DNA of 64,000 bases from contig CAZFTR010000002.1 of assembly GCA_964522405.1 (NCBI GenBank), forward strand, positions 72,032-136,031, written 5' to 3'. Of the stretch, positions 59,988 through 64,000 are shown in pieces (the first letter of the stretch is position 1; the number at the start of each line of letters is the position of its first letter). The DNA comes from an uncultured Gammaproteobacteria bacterium (GTDB taxonomy: Bacteria > Patescibacteriota > Patescibacteriia > Magasanikbacterales > UBA922). A program made the position numbers and the translations under genes. The notes under the pieces are model-generated. The model searched no databases. It was not told where the DNA came from and was given only the letters and a program-made list of their open reading frames with translations.

Positions 59988-60142
59988 TGTCATCCCGAGC
60001 GGAGTTTTCTGAAAGAAAAATGAAGCCGAGGGATCCCTGTCTATGTAGTAGAAAGAGTGGATTAAAAGTGTTGCATTCTACTGTATAGACAGGGATCCCT
60101 CGGCTACGTCCCTTACTTCGTAGAGACTCCGCTCGGGATGAA
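59988..60142. repeat. REP-like element family B, full palindromic copy
   Basis: tcatcccgagcggagt/actccgctcgggatga and agccgagggatccctgtctat/atagacagggatccctcggct nested inverted repeats. Confidence 0.85.
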
Positions 60143-60164
60143 AATTTCTATTAACTAACATAAT

Positions 60165-61205
60165 ATGTTCGGAATAGTAGCAGTATTTATAACCACTTTT
60201 TTTCTGGCCTTGTTTTTATTCAAAGCAGGTTCTTTTTTCTTTTCAAAGACTAAACATGAAAATCTGCAATTTTTTGATTCTAAAAAGTCCCTGATTGCTG
60301 AGAGCTTTTTTGCTTTTTTCATTTTGTTTCTGACCATAAGTTTAGTCGGATTTAACCATGACTTTGGTGGTTTTTTTGAATGGTATACAGTTATTTTGCT
60401 GTGTTCTGTGTTGGGTTTTTTCTTGGCTTACAGAAAAAACTTGGTTTTACTTTTGTTTTTAGCAGTTTCAGGATTAATTGCCTGGTGGGTGGGATTGATG
60501 TTGGATTTTTCAGATATATACAATATTAGTCCTGTTTCAGCAAGCTCAGGCATAATGATACTTGGTATAGGTCTTTATTCCTTTGGAAGATTGTTGGATA
60601 GTGAGAAAAATCAGAAAAGATTTGCCTTGATTTATAAGTTTTTTGGTATTCTTACTACAACTTCAGTTTTATTTGCTTTTTCTTCCAAACAAGCACTTAA
60701 AATGTTAAATAATACTGTTGTTGAATATTCTGCTTATCATCATTGGCAGATTTTCTTTTTTGTATTATTTTTTCTTTTTGCATTGGCCATGATTTTTTGG
60801 ACAAAGAAAAACCAGACAATAGCAATTTGGGAGTTTACAGGTTCACTTTTTTTGATTTCTCTGTTTGCTTTGATTAGCTATTTTCCATTTCCACAATTAT
60901 TCTCAGGTTTATATTTAGCAGATCTTTCAACTTCAGGATTAGTTTGGGCTGTTGTCTTGAACTTAACACTTTTTTTCTATCTTTTTGGCTTTATTATGCT
61001 GGGATACCAGAGAAAAGAGGAGACCTTGATAAATTTTGGAAGCTTTTTCTTATTTGTTTTTATTTTGGTAAAATACTTTGATTGGTTTTTTAGTTTTATG
61101 GACAAAAGTGTATTTTTTATCGGAGCAGGGTTTTTGATGTTTGTAGTTGGTTGGTTTATGGAGCGCAGTAGAAAATTTCTCATAAACGAAATTGAAACTA
61201 AGTAA
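60165..61205 (+). CDS. Multi-pass membrane protein resembling the C-terminal part of DUF2157 proteins
   Basis: About 10 TM helices; KYFDWF..MDKSVFFIGAG..MER ending. Confidence 0.7.
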   Translation: MFGIVAVFITTFFLALFLFKAGSFFFSKTKHENLQFFDSKKSLIAESFFAFFILFLTISLVGFNHDFGGFFEWYTVILLCSVLGFFLAYRKNLVLLLFLAVSGLIAWWVGLMLDFSDIYNISPVSASSGIMILGIGLYSFGRLLDSEKNQKRFALIYKFFGILTTTSVLFAFSSKQALKMLNNTVVEYSAYHHWQIFFFVLFFLFALAMIFWTKKNQTIAIWEFTGSLFLISLFALISYFPFPQLFSGLYLADLSTSGLVWAVVLNLTLFFYLFGFIMLGYQRKEETLINFGSFFLFVFILVKYFDWFFSFMDKSVFFIGAGFLMFVVGWFMERSRKFLINEIETK

Positions 61206-61206
61206 T

Positions 61207-61833
61207 ATGAAATTAAACAAAACTCAAAAAATTTTAGTGGCAGTTTTGGTACAAGTTTTGATACTGGGATTTTTATTATTGTCAAAATATTTTTTGTTCG
61301 CAAATGGAACAGAAATAATCTTGAGAATTTATCCGATCGATCCAACAGATCCTCTGAGAGGGGACTATATAACTTTTGAATACGATATTTCAGAGATTTA
61401 TGATTATAATCAAGGAGTAGTAAATGAGGGTGATACAGTGTATATTCCTATCAATAAAACAGGTAAATATTGGTACGCCAGAAACGAGATAATCCTAAAG
61501 GAAAAACCAGAAACAGGCTTATTTATAAAGGGTGTGGTAGAAGAAGTAGATAAAAGAGGTGGTTTCGAAGAGCCAATACCTCTTCCTCCTCCACCAAAAG
61601 AATCAAGAGAAGATATGGTTGTTGAAGTGGGTCCAGAAATGGATGAAGAGCTTGGCTATTATGTAGAAAATCTAGTTCAGATAAAGTATGGAATCGAAGA
61701 ATATTTTATCCCAGAAGGCGTGGGAAGAGATTTTGATTTTAGTTCAAAAGATATTTCTGCCAAAGTTGTTATAGATAGTAATGGCGAAGCAATGCTTAAA
61801 CAAGTATTTATAGATAATCAACCTTGGCCATAG
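61207..61833 (+). CDS. GDYXXLXY domain protein
   Basis: PIDPTDPLRGDYITFEY, YGIEEYFIPEG. Confidence 0.88.
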   Translation: MKLNKTQKILVAVLVQVLILGFLLLSKYFLFANGTEIILRIYPIDPTDPLRGDYITFEYDISEIYDYNQGVVNEGDTVYIPINKTGKYWYARNEIILKEKPETGLFIKGVVEEVDKRGGFEEPIPLPPPPKESREDMVVEVGPEMDEELGYYVENLVQIKYGIEEYFIPEGVGRDFDFSSKDISAKVVIDSNGEAMLKQVFIDNQPWP

Positions 61834-61837
61834 ATAC

Positions 61838-62143
61838 ATGAAGCTATTTTTTTCCGGAAACTACCAGTACAATCATCGAATTCTTCTCCAAAAATGCGGA
61901 TATGCTGAGATATCAAATAGACAGGGACAGATTAGCTATGTTCGGGTTTTTGGTAGAAGTGGATATCCTAGGTTTCATTGTTATGTGCAGAGGGATGAGG
62001 AGGGTTTTAGAGTAAATTTACATATTGATCAGAAAAAGCCCAGCTATGGTTCAAATACGGCTCACAGTGGAGAGTACGAAGGAGAAATAGTAGAAGCAGA
62101 AGCATTTAGGATTAAAAAGATCATAAACAGTTTATCAAGATAA
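61838..62143 (+). CDS. Hypothetical protein
   Basis: 101-aa ORF closely following the previous gene. Confidence 0.7.
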   Translation: MKLFFSGNYQYNHRILLQKCGYAEISNRQGQISYVRVFGRSGYPRFHCYVQRDEEGFRVNLHIDQKKPSYGSNTAHSGEYEGEIVEAEAFRIKKIINSLSR

Positions 62144-62245
62144 AGGTATTTTACCTTTTTTTTGGATTATGTTAAGATTTAATAGATTTACAACAATAAC
62201 AGTGATGAGCGAGGGCGCTGTATAATATATATAATTAAATTTTAT

Positions 62246-63001
62246 ATGCCTCCAAAAAAGAAAACTCCAAGCAAAAAACCTGTCCCAACACCGAAACCAC
62301 TGGAAAAGCCATCTTCTAGTCCGGGATTGGTTATTTTTCCAATAATAATAATTGCTATCATAGTTATAGTATTGGTTATGTTTGCAGCTCAGAATAACAA
62401 AGCTGAAATTCTTGAGAAAGAAATTGCAACTTTGAAAACTGAGATTAAAACTGAGATATTAGATGTAGAATCAAAAGTAAATGATATAGAAGCAGAAAAG
62501 CTAGCAGAAGAAGAGGCCGAAAAAGCAGAAGAAGAGAGATTGGCTAGTATAAATACTTACAAAAGTTCCTTGCATGGTTTCTCTGTGGAATATCCTATTG
62601 GGTATAAGGTAGACCAAATTGAAACCAAAACAAATGAAACCCTACAAGAAACAGTAATTTTGATTAGAAAATCTGATCAAGAGAAATACCAAGACACTAT
62701 GGAGGGTGGACCAAGTGTTTATCTTGAAGTTTTGTCTAATCCTGATGGATTATCAGTTGATGAATGGGCAAAAGAAAACCAGCAATATTCAAATTTTGAT
62801 GAAAATGTTGATGATCAGGAGTTCAAAACAGTGGGTGGTATGAGAGCTTTTGTTTATTCCAATCAAGGTTTGGGCGGGTTTGATTATTACTTATTTGAAT
62901 ATGGAGAAAATATTTTTTTGGGTAGTGTAAATTACTATGAAGAAGATGACACAATTAGACTTGATATGCTCAAGATTTTGGATAGTTTGGAATTAGAATA
63001 A
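62246..63001 (+). CDS. Membrane-anchored protein with coiled coil and PsbP-like C-terminal domain
   Basis: TM, coiled coil, TYKSSLHGFSVEYP, ILDSLEL ending. Confidence 0.55.
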   Translation: MPPKKKTPSKKPVPTPKPLEKPSSSPGLVIFPIIIIAIIVIVLVMFAAQNNKAEILEKEIATLKTEIKTEILDVESKVNDIEAEKLAEEEAEKAEEERLASINTYKSSLHGFSVEYPIGYKVDQIETKTNETLQETVILIRKSDQEKYQDTMEGGPSVYLEVLSNPDGLSVDEWAKENQQYSNFDENVDDQEFKTVGGMRAFVYSNQGLGGFDYYLFEYGENIFLGSVNYYEEDDTIRLDMLKILDSLELE

Positions 63002-63051
63002 ATTAAATATAAACAAAAAACAGGCTTTGGCCTGTTTTTTAATATTCTATT

Positions 63052-63861
63052 TTATCTTCTCTTCCTGAAAGGAAAAAGCATAAAATAAGAAACCAGTAAA
63101 TGAAAAATAGAAATAACTGTTGCATAAGTGAAAATAGCCACAAAAATACCTAGGTATTGATTTACTTTTAGAACATACTTGGTAATGTCCACTCCAACTA
63201 GAAGAGTAATTCCATTTACAAGTAAGAGTAAAATCACTAGCCAGATAAATCCATTCCACATTCCTTGCCTGTCTTTTCGACTTGGGGCAATATGAGAGCT
63301 AATACAAAAAGAAAGATAAACAAAAAGCCAGAATTTCCAGGAGCTTAGGTTTTCCGGAGTAAATAAATTAACCAAACTTGCTTTGACAGAATAAAGAATA
63401 TCCAAAAATCCAGAGAAATCAGATTTGAGTGGCGCAAAAACCTCTTTTCCATTTGGAACCAGCCAGAAAAGTAAGAAAACCATGATCAGCGATCCAAAAA
63501 TCATGGGCGCAGCTCCGATAAAAAAATTTCCAATTTTCTGGTAAGTGCTTTTCCTGTCATAACTGTGGTCGACATGGCCTAGGCGTCCAGTTGACTGGTC
63601 TGGTCTAAATAGATTTATTTGTTCAATTTTATGACGAAAAATTTTTGCAAAAAAAGCATGGCCCAGCTCATGAACCGGAGTACCAATCCAGGCAGTCCAG
63701 AGAATTCCTTTCCAGCCAGTGCTGCGGAAATATTGTTTTTGAGTCCAGTCCTGGAGTTTTGAGAGAATATATCCAAAAGCAAAGAATATGCCAAGAACTC
63801 CGATAATTTGAGTAATTACGGTGGTTAATAGGACAATAGAGTATTCTTTTAGTTTATCCAT
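63052..63861 (-). CDS. Membrane Zn-metalloprotease-like protein (M50-like)
   Basis: GTPVHELGH (HExxH), IGAAP, PSRKD, several TM helices. Confidence 0.65.
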   Translation of the reverse strand: MDKLKEYSIVLLTTVITQIIGVLGIFFAFGYILSKLQDWTQKQYFRSTGWKGILWTAWIGTPVHELGHAFFAKIFRHKIEQINLFRPDQSTGRLGHVDHSYDRKSTYQKIGNFFIGAAPMIFGSLIMVFLLFWLVPNGKEVFAPLKSDFSGFLDILYSVKASLVNLFTPENLSSWKFWLFVYLSFCISSHIAPSRKDRQGMWNGFIWLVILLLLVNGITLLVGVDITKYVLKVNQYLGIFVAIFTYATVISIFHLLVSYFMLFPFRKRR

Positions 63862-64000
63862 AGATAAATGCGCCTACTACAATAGTAATGTTTATAACAA
63901 AAAGTAGAATATACATAAAAACCAATGGTTTTTCTTTGTGGACTACGCCATAAACCAGCCAGACCAGGTTTGCTACTATGTATCCGCTGTAAGCAATTAC
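63854..64000 (-). CDS. C-terminal part of a SemiSWEET/PQ-loop-like small membrane protein (truncated by window end)
   Basis: ...VIAYSGYIVANLVWLVYGVVHKEKPLVFMYILLFVINITIVVGAFIYG*, translated by hand. Confidence 0.55.
   Translation of the reverse strand, partial: VIAYSGYIVANLVWLVYGVVHKEKPLVFMYILLFVINITIVVGAFIYG

Noticed and set aside
62160-62180. dif site (ttatgttaa XerD-like half)
   Set aside because: No XerC-like arm at the correct spacing; the similar word at ~24698 lies within the hup promoter spacer

Overview
AT-rich bacterial chromosome segment (genetic code 11; TGA used as stop). Gene content and style point to a Patescibacteria/CPR (Parcubacteria/ABY1-like) organism; this is an inference from the split ComEC, dispersed type IV pilus genes, LeuRS with a Nudix insert and mostly SD-less starts. 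The first ~19.5 kb is a surface-glycan locus (SDR epimerases, DegT aminotransferase, FkbM methyltransferase, two UDP-Glc dehydrogenases, GT2/GT4 enzymes, AsnB-like amidotransferase, priming sugar transferase) with an S8 protease. The rest is housekeeping and envelope genes (pilT, PBP, hup, rny, truB, hppA, infB, trxA, Glu/Leu/Phe/Val dehydrogenase, leuS, comEC, pilM, pilin, pilD, ligA, gatCA, lgt), three normal tRNAs and one aberrant tRNA-Ala-like gene. The most striking pattern is about ten small, visibly GC-richer islets between the AT-rich core genes. Nearly all are self-contained units: an AT-rich near-consensus sigma70 promoter, then a GC-rich transcript, then usually a terminator. The transcript is either an orphan small ORF with a strong Shine-Dalgarno and extra 3' hairpins, or a highly base-paired ORF-less RNA. 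No integrase, transposase or CRISPR was seen. All calls come from reading the sequence; no searches were run.
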